A stretch of 63,009 bases of DNA, filler included, from Rhabdomonas costata (lineage: Eukaryota), in the NCBI GenBank assembly GCA_019059605.1. It is 49 parts of 49 records of this genome, joined end to end, with 100 filler letters (N's around TTAATTAATTAA, not from the genome) between each part and the next. Parts side by side here need not be neighbours in the genome. Positions count along the whole stretch, not along the records: positions 1 to 1,190 come from JAHMHO010024344.1; positions 1,291 to 2,479 come from JAHMHO010024345.1; positions 2,580 to 3,768 come from JAHMHO010024346.1; positions 3,869 to 5,057 come from JAHMHO010024347.1; positions 5,158 to 6,346 come from JAHMHO010024348.1; positions 6,447 to 7,618 come from JAHMHO010024349.1; positions 7,719 to 8,908 come from JAHMHO010024350.1; positions 9,009 to 10,196 come from JAHMHO010024351.1; 41 more parts are not named here. One strand, written 5' to 3'. The position numbers and the translations under genes were made by a program. Below are positions 1-10,859 of this stretch, piece after piece; the first letter of the stretch is position 1; each line of letters starts with the position of its first letter. The notes beneath the pieces are model-generated. The model was given only the letters and a program-made list of their open reading frames with translations, was not told the origin of the DNA and ran no database searches.

Positions 1-1100
1 TGTTGGTGTTTCTTGCTTCCTCTTCCCGCGGTGCCTGGGGGTGCATCTGGCATACTTGGGTAGGGATGGGGGCGCACGGCGCCTACGAGCGCCAATGATG
101 ATTCCCATGAAAATCTTACTGGCAGCACGGCGGGTGCTAGAATTTGAAGCGGTGGGCATAGGTCCGCAGGTTGCTGGGTTCGATTCTCGGGTTGTTCTCG
201 GTTTTTCAAGGGTTGGGCTTTTCGCCGCGCGTTCTTTTGTCCGGAATGTTCCTCCGCCCCGGTTCAGTTTTTTTTGCGGGAAACGGGATAACCTTCTCTT
301 GGAAGAAAACCCCGTGTTTTTTTTTATGCTTTCAACAAAACGTTGGAAACGCAAAATACAAAATAGGGAACAACAAGCGCAAATCAACTACAAGATGCAT
401 TCCAAGCCATATTTTCGTGCAGGAAAAAGTAGAGAGGGAAAGATAATATTCAGCCGCCCCCCCCCGCATGGCTTGCGCGTTTTTTTTGCTGTCGAGCTGC
501 TTGTTGCAATCCGCTGTTTAGGTTGGGGGCATCGTGTGCATATCACCGTCGATCCACTCACACGACGATTTGCTCGTTTAGAGTTAAATGACCGCCGAGC
601 CAGTCTCCATCAGCGCAATGGAGGGTTAACGGGAAGAACTTGCACAACACTCATAGGAGGGCATTGGTCGGGAATAAATTCTTCGGGTAAGCGTTGCTCC
701 TAAACATTAAAAACATGAGGAATGCAAAAACACGAGCACCATTGGCAGCTCAAGAACGCACACTCGAAATGCACCATGAAAAACTGCTGTTTCCACAAGT
801 CGCGACAAAGAAGCATCCGAACATCAGGCAAGCCAACAGTTCAAGCGAGAAGCAATCATTCATTGTCTTCCTCAGCTTCAGCTGCCTGCGCCAGCTCAGC
901 CTGTCCAGGAAAAAGGGGCATGCCGAAGAGATGCCTCAAAAACATCAAATTGCCTTCACGAAGATAAACGGACTCGTGGCAATGACGAATAGCGGGCCAC
1001 AGTCTGAAAAGGTTCGTCATTGAGCAGTTCTCGCTTTCAAGACCTCACAAGGAAGAGAGGTGTCAATTTTCATTTCACTATCTCTGATATCTGTGCAAAT

Positions 1101-1186
1101 TTGTGGACGAACACAGCATTTGGTGGACCAAGCTGTTGTTGAAAAAAAAAACAGCTTGGTCCACCAATTGCTGTGTTCGTCCACAA
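1101..1186. repeat. Long inverted repeat / hairpin (37-bp arms, 1 mismatch)
   Basis: ttgtggacgaacacagca-t-ttggtggaccaagctgtt (1101-1137) pairs with aacagcttggtccaccaa-t-tgctgtgttcgtccacaa (1150-1186); the loop is A-rich. Confidence 0.9.
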
Positions 1187-1190
1187 CAAC

Positions 1191-1290
1191 NNNNNNNNNN
1201 NNNNNNNNNNNNNNNNNNNNNNNNNNNNNNNNNNTTAATTAATTAANNNNNNNNNNNNNNNNNNNNNNNNNNNNNNNNNNNNNNNNNNNN
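1191..1290. other. Artificial contig-joining spacer (first of 48 identical spacers, one about every 1.29 kb)
   Basis: N44 + TTAATTAATTAA (stop codons in all six frames) + N44 recurs through the whole window and separates 49 contigs of about 1170-1193 bp. Confidence 0.98.
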
Positions 1291-4200
1291 GGTTTTGTGG
1301 CAAGTATTCCCTTCTTTTTCGGAATACGTGCCACAAAAAAATTTACTCCGTTCTTTATGATGTCCCTCCCAAAATGGTGGCCGAAGAGAAGATCTCACCC
1401 CACCTGCAGCAAGAAGTTTCAACTGGGGGTTTGCCGGAATTTGGGAACGGTGGAAGGAGGTTTCCAGGGGAGGCGAGGAAGCCGCGGGGAAAAATGGTGC
1501 TGAACTTCGAAACACGAGCATGAGTCGATTCCACCCAAGAGAAAAGGGAGAAAAGGAGGAAAGGAGGAAGTAGAGATGCAGTGTCCAGTGCAGGGTCGGG
1601 TGGAGATGGTGCAGACAACTTTGGAGAAAAAACAAACCCGAACGTCGGCAAAAAGTGTGTATGTTCGCAGACCACGGATTACGTGAGGTTTGCATGTCAA
1701 TGCAAGAAGAAACAACACCTGCACTCGTGCAGAAAGAGCATTGGATGAGTTGAGGGCCAAGTTGACGAGAAGTCAAACGAGCCCATCGAGGAAAAGACGG
1801 AGTTGGGTGTTGAGCACGGTCACATGGTGGATGACCCTTGGAATCGCGCAAGGGCGAAAAAACACAACAGGACTCAATCTATCTGACTTTCTCACGTGTA
1901 CCCCACGGGGGTAGGAGGACGGGAGGGAAGAGTTGGGGTCGAGAGCGCAGCAGCAATAAGCGGGAACTAACCCGTCCCTTTCAAATAGTCACACGCGCAA
2001 TCGCTAACACTTCATTGGGATAACTGGGGTGGGTTGGGGAAGGAAACACGACGATAAAGACCGGGTCACCCAGGAAACAAAGTAATCCCTGGGTACACTG
2101 GAGTCTCGATGTCAGGAGCCGTCTATGGCTCCACTGCCACACGCGCAGGGGCACAAATGTTGAAGAAAGAAAAAAGGGGGAAGGAAGAGAAGGTCAGCAA
2201 AAGGGGGAGTACCGGGAATCCCTCTTGCAACAAATAAAAGCAGAACATTTCAAATGATGATCGAACGAGGGAGTGAGGGACGGCTGCAAAGTACAAAGGG
2301 CACAGTAAAACCAATGCGATTTGAAGGGAGACGACATCTTGGCCGAGAGATAGATCGATAACGTAATTTTGGATTGAGAAGTTTCATAGCCGCAAAAACC
2401 GCCCGCGAACGGCTCGGCAGCCTTGCCTGCACTGACCCCGACATTCACGGCGCCTCAAAGGCACCCATCCCCACACCCCNNNNNNNNNNNNNNNNNNNNN
2501 NNNNNNNNNNNNNNNNNNNNNNNTTAATTAATTAANNNNNNNNNNNNNNNNNNNNNNNNNNNNNNNNNNNNNNNNNNNNGGGTTTGTGGTTGATGATGCG
2601 ATGATTTAGGAGATTTAGAAGGATTTAGGAGAGGATCACAGAGTCGGGTGAATGTCACAGAACCAAGGTTGGCTGCAACTATTCCCAATGAGCGCAGTCC
2701 AAGAAGGAGGTGCCTGGAGGAAGGGTTCATGGGTAGGACCGAAAAGCATAGTGTGTGCTCTTTTCTTTACCTCCCACCTCACCTCCCTTTTAACACCCCT
2801 CTATCTCTCCAACTTCTCAGCACCGATGGGCTTAAAGGTTGCTGATCAGTAGTCTGGTAATGGAATTATAATTGATTGAAGGCAGGCTGGTTCACACCAG
2901 TAATCTGTACGATATTTCTTGCTCTAGTTTTTGCGATGGCCGCGAATCGTAACATTTGGTTTGCACACCAGTGCAGGCTCCGAAACTGCGAAAAAAAAGC
3001 CTCTTCAGTGAATCAAACCAGCGCAAGAAGCGGTGGTAATTGCAGGTGATAACATCACAATGCTGAGAACTCGCTGACGCTGATCTCTGATTCCACCCCT
3101 TTCGTACACACAAGCTTGAAGTGCAGTGGGCAGTCAAATGAAATGACTTACTTCCTAAGAAAATTCAGGCAGCATCCTTCTACACATCGCAGGCGGCGGA
3201 GGGGATGAGGGTGTGGCAGCCCGCACCTTCCGCACCTTCGCGGCGGTCCCGCTCCCTGCCGCACCGCACCCGCAGCCCCTCGGCAACTGCCGAAGCGGAC
3301 GGGCGGATGGGCGGACTGCCCCGAAATTTTCCCTTTGAGCTGGATAACGGCAACAAGGCCAAGCAAGTGAACGACTGCCTCAAGGTTTTTTTTGACGTCG
3401 CGTTTGGAGAGAGGAACACCGCAAGTTCCACTTTCACCCCACGCTCTGTCCCAAAAGGCAGGGAAGGGAGGGAAAGATCTGCTTTGTTTTGCACTCGCCG
3501 CTCCATTATACCAGTGATATGCATGATATGCATGTTCTGTGGAGCACTGGTGGCCCACCCAGAATGCAAGTTACTTCCTGCAGTTTGGTTTGAAGGGAAG
3601 TCGATACTGCAGGTTGAGGAGCAGCTTCCGGGGCGAGATCCCAGCACACAACCTTCCGCATCCCTTCCTTCACGAGGACCCATCACTCGCGCCTGACAAG
3701 TGCCGCATGTTAAATAATAGTGTAATATCGGGTCAACTGGAAACCCCCCCCCACACACACCCACCACANNNNNNNNNNNNNNNNNNNNNNNNNNNNNNNN
3801 NNNNNNNNNNNNTTAATTAATTAANNNNNNNNNNNNNNNNNNNNNNNNNNNNNNNNNNNNNNNNNNNNGTGTGGGTGTGTTTGGGTTTTGGTGGAGTCCC
3901 GAGGCTTTGCCTCCCCAGGCTCATCCTGGGCCCTGCAAGCAACTGCTCGCATGCTTCCTCTGCAGTGAGAGAGCAACCCCGGCACATGTGCATGCCTTTA
4001 TGGGGGCACCTCGTGTATTTGAAAGAGCTCGAACGCGCCTCGCATTGTCGTGAGCCCCCGAAAATCATCAAATGATATTGCCTTGAACTGTGCCAGCATC
4101 GATTGGCGCGCAATTTGCTACAGTGGTTTGAATGACGGATGGATAGTTTGCATGACGAAGAAGAGAAGCCCGTCCTGTGTTTCTACCAACTCCATGCTTC

Positions 4201-4349
4201 TTTCCACCATTCTTTGGTCCACTGACCCACAGGAAGATGAGGGAAAAGGGCAAAACCAAGTGGGTTGGAACTTCGCAAAATAGCCCGCAAACACGTTATA
4301 AATCTGGACAGCCGTCATTCCTCTGTAGAATGCTGAGAGCCGCGAGTTC

Positions 4350-4620
4350 ACGGCCTGGCCAAAAGTCGACCAGTGAGTTTCAATGCCTGACGGACAGGGC
4401 CTCTGAGGTGTTGCCACACGGCCTTTTGGAGAGGATCCTCATGGGAACGATATACTTCGGCAGCCATTACTTTTTATACTCCTCCGTATTTGCGGTACCT
4501 CAGATATCCCTTCAGAAGACCTTTACAGTGGTTATTTGTCTTTTCTTATGTGAAGCAAACGTATTCCACCAAGTTGCAAGCATGGTGACGATACCCCACC
4601 TGCCCTGGTTGATAGCTAAA
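4350..4620 (-). pseudogene. Possible decayed hAT-family transposase fragment
   Basis: Minus strand gives YRHHACNLV (CxxH..NL-like) and, about 65 codons later after stops, PSGIETHWST (TRW-like). The spacing fits hAT transposases, but the match is weak. Confidence 0.3.
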
Positions 4621-5286
4621 AAGCAGTAAAAACACAAAAAAAAACTCGCATGCAAGGAGCAGCCTCCATCGCTCGATCCATCGATGTGCTTCACTGTGCA
4701 GGTGGTTTCATTTCTTCCGGTACGTTTTTGGATTCAAACTTTTCTCCCAGTGTCCACCAGGTTTGTTCCGTTTGGTGTGGCAAGTTCTGTGAGGCGTGGA
4801 GAGAAAATGCTGGACAACCTGTTTCTGAAAGACCAGGAGACCCCTGCTCGGCGCAAAGGCCTCTGCTCGGCAGCAGCGGCCGCCCATCGTGGAGATTCCC
4901 TGTTGCTCGCCGAAGTGCCCGGGCTTGAGCCCAAGTCCAGGTTGGGCCGACGCCCTGTCAGGTGAGCGCTGCACCAAGGCTTTTACCGAACATATTTTGC
5001 AGTTGACTGGGCAGCACCCGACACAATCACCAAATGAAATATAGCATACCCAAAAACNNNNNNNNNNNNNNNNNNNNNNNNNNNNNNNNNNNNNNNNNNN
5101 NTTAATTAATTAANNNNNNNNNNNNNNNNNNNNNNNNNNNNNNNNNNNNNNNNNNNNAGCGCGACCCCGACAAGGGAAGGGACGGCTTCTGCCTTGTATT
5201 CCAAGGCCTCGAACCGTGGCATCGACGCTCCAACAATGAGCTCTACCAGTTGTGTGCAGACTTCCCACAGTTTTCCTCTCAGCCTT

Positions 5287-6095
5287 TCAGTGGGAGAAGT
5301 CTCCGATGCCGTAGTACGGCTCGGCATAGTCCTCTGCATCGAACATCGTGGTGGCACACCGGTGGCCCAGCAAGGGGCTTCCGCGAATAAAGTCGGGCAC
5401 GGTCAGCCCAGAGGGGTGCAGCTGCTGCAGGAGAGCGGAGAGCACTCGTAGCACCCCATCGCTGTGCACGTGCGTGTGTCATTGAGAGTCTTGTCAGCGA
5501 GTCTATGGAAGGCCCCGCGGAAACCAAACCGGCAGGACGGGCGCGGCATACGGTAGACCGGAGGAAAGTACCGGGGGGATTCCTGTTATACGTCGATGTG
5601 CGAAAGAACATGAATCTCAAGTTCAAGCCTCTTGCATCGCTCCTGAACCCCTTCGGGACCAATGTGCTCACTTTTCTGTGGCTTACGTCGCACTCTGGCC
5701 CTACGACCCCTTCTCCCTAAAAGACCCCTAAATTTGTCTTGCGAGAGTATAGCGGATCCCCCATGCTCAAGATGATCTCATCTCTGCTCCCGACTGTCGC
5801 TTCCACTCGATAACGATACAGGCCGCGAATTTCGCCGGCTCGGATTTGTCCCCGATGCATTAAAACGCGAAATCCGGAAACTTACACCAATCTAAACAGA
5901 CCAGAAATAATTGTACAACCCCAAAAGACAGCGCGATGATCGCATTGGGAGTATGCCGCACACTTGGTGTGGGCTCGGAAGTAGTCCGGCACAAGGATGG
6001 CATTGGCTCGGTTCATCCACACCGAAGATGGGGAGTTTTCGATGATCACCGTGTCACTGAGGTTCCGGCCCAGCCTTCTTAGGTCCTTGGTGTAT
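5287..6095 (-). CDS. FCP1/SCP (NIF) CTD-type HAD phosphatase, last two exons
   Basis: Exons 6095-5964 and 5461-5287 with a GT-AG intron. They give YTKDLRRLGRNLSDTVIIENSPSSVWMNRANAILVPDYF..NDGVLRVLSALLQQL, matching the NIF C-terminal motif KDL..LGRDL..VIIDNSP...NAI. Confidence 0.85.
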
Positions 6096-6478
6096 CTGCA
6101 ACAGGGCAATGAGTGCATAAGTGTGAGCGAGAGGGTGTTCAGTGTAGCCACACGATAACGAGGAAATTCTGTGTCATTGGTGCGTACATAGCAGCACATC
6201 CAGTCTCATCAGAAATCAGGCAACTCTCTCTTTAAAACATATCCGATCCATGAGCTCGCCGTTTCACCTCTCATCGAAGGTGTGCCAGGCAACTGGCTCT
6301 TGGCCGCCTAAAGCCCACACGGCTGTATTGACAAAACCAACACACCNNNNNNNNNNNNNNNNNNNNNNNNNNNNNNNNNNNNNNNNNNNNTTAATTAATT
6401 AANNNNNNNNNNNNNNNNNNNNNNNNNNNNNNNNNNNNNNNNNNNNTTTGTGGTTGTAGCTCAATGTTGGGATATGAC

Positions 6479-6770
6479 TGTTAGGGTTCCCGTACTGGGG
6501 CTCAGGGTTAGGGCTCAGCGTTGGTAGAAGAGGTCAGGCTATCAGGTATGGAGCTAAGGCAGGGATCTGAGTGTCGGTCAGGGTGGGAAATGGGAGCTGA
6601 GGGTGTTGGGGAATGACGGCTAGAGTTTTAGGGTTGTGGTGGGTTCTGTGACGTGGGCTATGTTGTTGGGTTTGGAGCCTAGTGTTGTGTGGCGGTAGGG
6701 TGGGGACCCTGAACCCCAACCCTAACCTGAGTCCCGAACCTAACACCCTAACTCTGAGCCCTAAGTCAAA
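6479..6770. repeat. Degenerate TTAGGG-like repeats in head-to-head orientation
   Basis: TTAGGG/TCAGGG/GTAGGG variants on the + strand up to about 6705, then CCCTGA/CCCTAA/CCTAA variants at 6706-6770. Confidence 0.55.
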
Positions 6771-7718
6771 CACCCATCAGAGAGAAATGAAGGCGGGGTA
6801 TGAGAAAGGGTGGGCGGACAGTGTTCACCCCGCTAACCAAAGGAAATGGGATGCGAGATAAAAACTGGGTAGGCATATTCTCTCCTTTCGCCGACCACGA
6901 CTGAAAAACAGGCAGAAAAACATTCCAGAAATACCAGAAACGGGCACCTGCAGGGAGTGCTGTGGCCGGTTTGATGGAGCTGTGCTGTTAAATCCAAACG
7001 AAACCAAGATGGGCAGACTTTGAGAGCAGTTAAGTAACGTGCGCCCGCTGCTTGTTTCAAATTCGTAAAGCAAACAACGTTCCAAAAGTAAGAGAATACT
7101 GCCCAGCGAGACAATTCTTCTTGGTGCCAAGAGTTAGGAAACACACACACACACACACCACAGTGAGGTGCAAGCCAAACAGGAATAATGCCACAACCTA
7201 AAACGAACCATCCAAAGTCAAACGCGATGTCGAAACCAACAGCACCCAAACAAAAAGGACTTTGCCGGAAGCGCCAATGAGTACCACAGATCAATGGGAG
7301 CGGGCAGAGAGGGGGAAAGAGAGAGAAGCGCAATGCACTATGTGCACACGGGGTTTGGGTGAATGCGAAGGGAGAACGGAAAGCGGAGGGACAATAATGC
7401 ATTGTGGCAGATCAAAACAGGCCAAGAGAAAGAACCACAAACCCGATTTGAACATGCTGGCACACACGGAGAGGGCAACGCGGGGGAACAGGTGAGTGAA
7501 AAGGCAAGGGCAACAGTAGTGACACAGACGGGACAGAGAGCAGGACACCGGACACCACACAATCGGGTGAGATTATACAGAGGGGGAAGGGGACAGTCTT
7601 GCAAGAAAAGCCCTGCACNNNNNNNNNNNNNNNNNNNNNNNNNNNNNNNNNNNNNNNNNNNNTTAATTAATTAANNNNNNNNNNNNNNNNNNNNNNNNNN
7701 NNNNNNNNNNNNNNNNNN

Positions 7719-8908
7719 TGGTTGAACTCGGGTGAACATGGAAATCAGTCGGAAGAACCGATGAGGTCTTACTCTCTCAAAATAAATCCGGAGTCCCGAG
7801 GTGATGATGATGCCGAAGCGACTAACACACCAGGGTCCCGCTTGGACCGCCCTTGGGGTCTCGATGGTGGTGGTCAACTTCGGGTCGCCAAGGTATCCGG
7901 GATCCTGCAGTGATCTCGATGACACGGAGAAACAGTAGGAGATGTAGAACAGGTAGGTAGTGAGTCGATGGAGGGAACATAATGGACATGTCAGCGCGAA
8001 GGACGTCGGTCAGAAGAGTGTCGGTGTTGACCAAGTCCTTGGTGGACGTCGCCGATCTGTCGAAAAAGGGTCACTGGCCTTTCGATGCGTAGGATTGATA
8101 CCTCAACCGATCGGTTGCCGGCTTTGGTTTGAGTCTCGGTGGCTCTGCCTGGCACTTCATCTGGCTTGGTTTAGACTTCTTATGTTAGTATTCTTGGCAT
8201 GGCGAAGTAAAGAACAACACAATCTCATTAGTCTGGTTCGGTCCACCGATGCACGGGCAAGCACAATTGAGGCTACGATTGGGGCAAAGGAATTTCCTCC
8301 CAATTCTCAGCTCTCGTTTCCGGCACGCTCAATCCACCAGGGGCGATCTTTCAAGCATTCTGTCTGAAAAATGGATTCCTCCGTCTCTCTCGTTTCTTCG
8401 CTCACTCCAATTCTTCACGGTGGATCGGGTTTGCTCTCCACTCGATCTTTATCCGCAACAGATCGCTTGGTGGACCATGGCGGTCAGCTGCATCAGTTGA
8501 TTTAAAGCATTACAAAGTGAAGCGAAATCGCATTGAATGAAAATAGAGTGTCATCATTCTCGCCACAACGAGCGAGGGCTTTCCAACGCATGGCGCGCGA
8601 GTGGAAGAAGGGCAATTGGACCGCACACTCGGTCCCAAACCCAGTCTTTTGAAGATGTATCTGTTGGTGTGCTCATCTTGCGCTCGATAGATAAACCTGG
8701 ATAAACCAACCCAAAAGGGGGAACAAATGCAGAAACAATATGGGGGCAAACCACAAGCAAAGGCAAGAAAAGCTAAAAAAGAAAGAGAAAGAAAAAACTA
8801 GCAAGCTATGAGAGATCTCTCGCACGAAACCGGGTGTAACCAGGAACAGGTGTGAACGTGCGATGGTGGTTGAACTCGGGTGAACATGGAAATCAGTCGG
8901 AAGAACCG
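7719..8908. repeat. Contig with 42-bp terminal direct repeat: 1148-bp circle or tandem-repeat unit
   Basis: tggttgaactcgggtgaacatggaaatcagtcggaagaaccg occurs at 7719-7760 and at 8867-8908. Confidence 0.8.
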
Positions 8909-10633
8909 NNNNNNNNNNNNNNNNNNNNNNNNNNNNNNNNNNNNNNNNNNNNTTAATTAATTAANNNNNNNNNNNNNNNNNNNNNNNNNNNNNNNNNNNN
9001 NNNNNNNNAGGACGTTCAAAGCTGTAGGCTCTAAGACACACGGGGGGGGTGGCAAAGGGCTACAAATGTGTCGACACAAAATGCAGTTGCGAGAAAATAA
9101 CAGTTGGAGAGCTCCATAGATGAGTACTCAACATGCTGTTGGTGGCAAGGACTTGCGTATGTGTTTGCTGACCACTTGCGCGCTTGTGAGACGCAAGAGC
9201 AAGGGAAAAAGACGGCCAGAGCAAGCACGCACCCTCTCCAACTCTCCAGGCACGAAAAAGAACAAAGAGGCAAACCGGAAACTTTCGCCTTGATCCTGGA
9301 CCAGAGGCTGTCTTGAAGGCACCGTCGGGTGAGGCGGTACATTGCAGCAGCGAGCTCAAGACGAGGTCACTGCAAAACCGTCTGCACGCTGGAACGCTTG
9401 CACCACTGTTGCAGCCACGCACAATTCCACGGCAAAACTTCAGAAGAAAATGCAAATGAGGTGACGGCGGCTCAAAACTCTGCCTAAAAGTAAATCATTT
9501 GAGAAAGGGCGAAGGGCAGCCATCAACATAAGAGCCAGCTTGTCTTCGGGAGAATGTCCCCCCCCCCCGCTCACACTGTTTCCCTATGCACCCTCGAAAG
9601 GAGGGGGAGTATGCAAAATGGAAATGTGAATAGGAAAAGCGGGCGATGGAGAATATCACCAAAACTTGTTCTTTTGTTGACATGTCCCTCCCACCCAACC
9701 ACTAGAACCACTACAGATGAACGGCGCTTTCCCGCCCATTTCATCCTGTGGTGCAATTCCCGTGGTGTGAGTTTTAGCTTAAGTCGCAAAAGACAAGGGC
9801 GCAAGTTACCTCTCCACCCTTCACCCCCACGAGAAAAGACGAGAAAAGCCTCCAGAAAGCACAACCGTATCAGTAACACACCAGTCTCAACACACAGTTC
9901 AAGAGGAAAGGTGCCGCAATGCGGCAGGGGCATCAGTACACTCCCTTCTCCCCCAGCGACGAATTCCCCTACAGTCACCGCAAAATTGTGCTTGCCCGCA
10001 TCTCAAAGACAATCCGGCAGGCGAAGAGAATTCCCAAAAGTGCACAGCCAGACAACTGGTTCCCTTGGTAGTGTCAGCACCCGACAGCCTCTCGGCACGG
10101 CGTTCAGCGATCTGCGCAGCGTCACCTGCTGAACTTGTCAATTGTGGGGGCAGCGCTGAAAACGCGCAGAAAAACCAACACCCAAACACACCAACANNNN
10201 NNNNNNNNNNNNNNNNNNNNNNNNNNNNNNNNNNNNNNNNTTAATTAATTAANNNNNNNNNNNNNNNNNNNNNNNNNNNNNNNNNNNNNNNNNNNNTTGT
10301 TGGTGTGTTTGGTGGGTTTGTTGGACCGGAGCCGGAGTGCCTGGCATGGGCCCATACTTGGGGCTTGGTGGGTTCGTGGTACTCATGAGTTGAATTCACT
10401 GGCAGCTTGTTAGCCTCTGGCTGCATCTTCGCGCCCAGTTATGGCATCATGAAGAGTCCACTCTGTTCCTTGTAAGGCCTTTTTGGACATTTTTTAGCCA
10501 AGTCCTTCATGCTGGCACTTGCCAACATGTGCTGTGTGCGTAAGTGTGTTTGACATGTTGAAATTGTGCTTTGTTCCTTTGTGGTGAACTTTCATCGACT
10601 CACAACCTGAATGTGTGTGTATGTGTTGTGCAG

Positions 10634-10859
10634 ACCTCCCGCATCGAGAGAGCTGTCGGTTCTCCGCTGCTCCCGAGTACCGCGCCGGTGGGGTGGGCTC
10701 GTACACCGTGGGGTTGTTCGACCGCTTTGGCAACCCCTTGACGCAGGCCCGCCTGGCCCGTCGCACGGACACAAAGTGCCTGGAGTACCGCGAGGTGGTC
10801 AACCTTGGCCTCTCCGAGGGCCAGCCCGGGTTCTACCGCGTGGAATTCTACACAGAGAG
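10634..10859 (+). CDS. Internal exon of an unknown protein (possibly Ig/filamin-like beta-sandwich)
   Basis: tgcag acceptor and GT donor; GC3-rich codons; reads YTVGLFDRFGNP...GQPGFYRVEFY. Confidence 0.5.

Noticed and set aside
41-703. Long ORFs in the supplied track (e.g. 41-703, 9554-10132, 35126-35863) as genes
   Set aside because: They have no recognisable motifs, run through homopolymers and intron-like DNA, and often use non-ATG starts. Real coding sequence here is short spliced exons.
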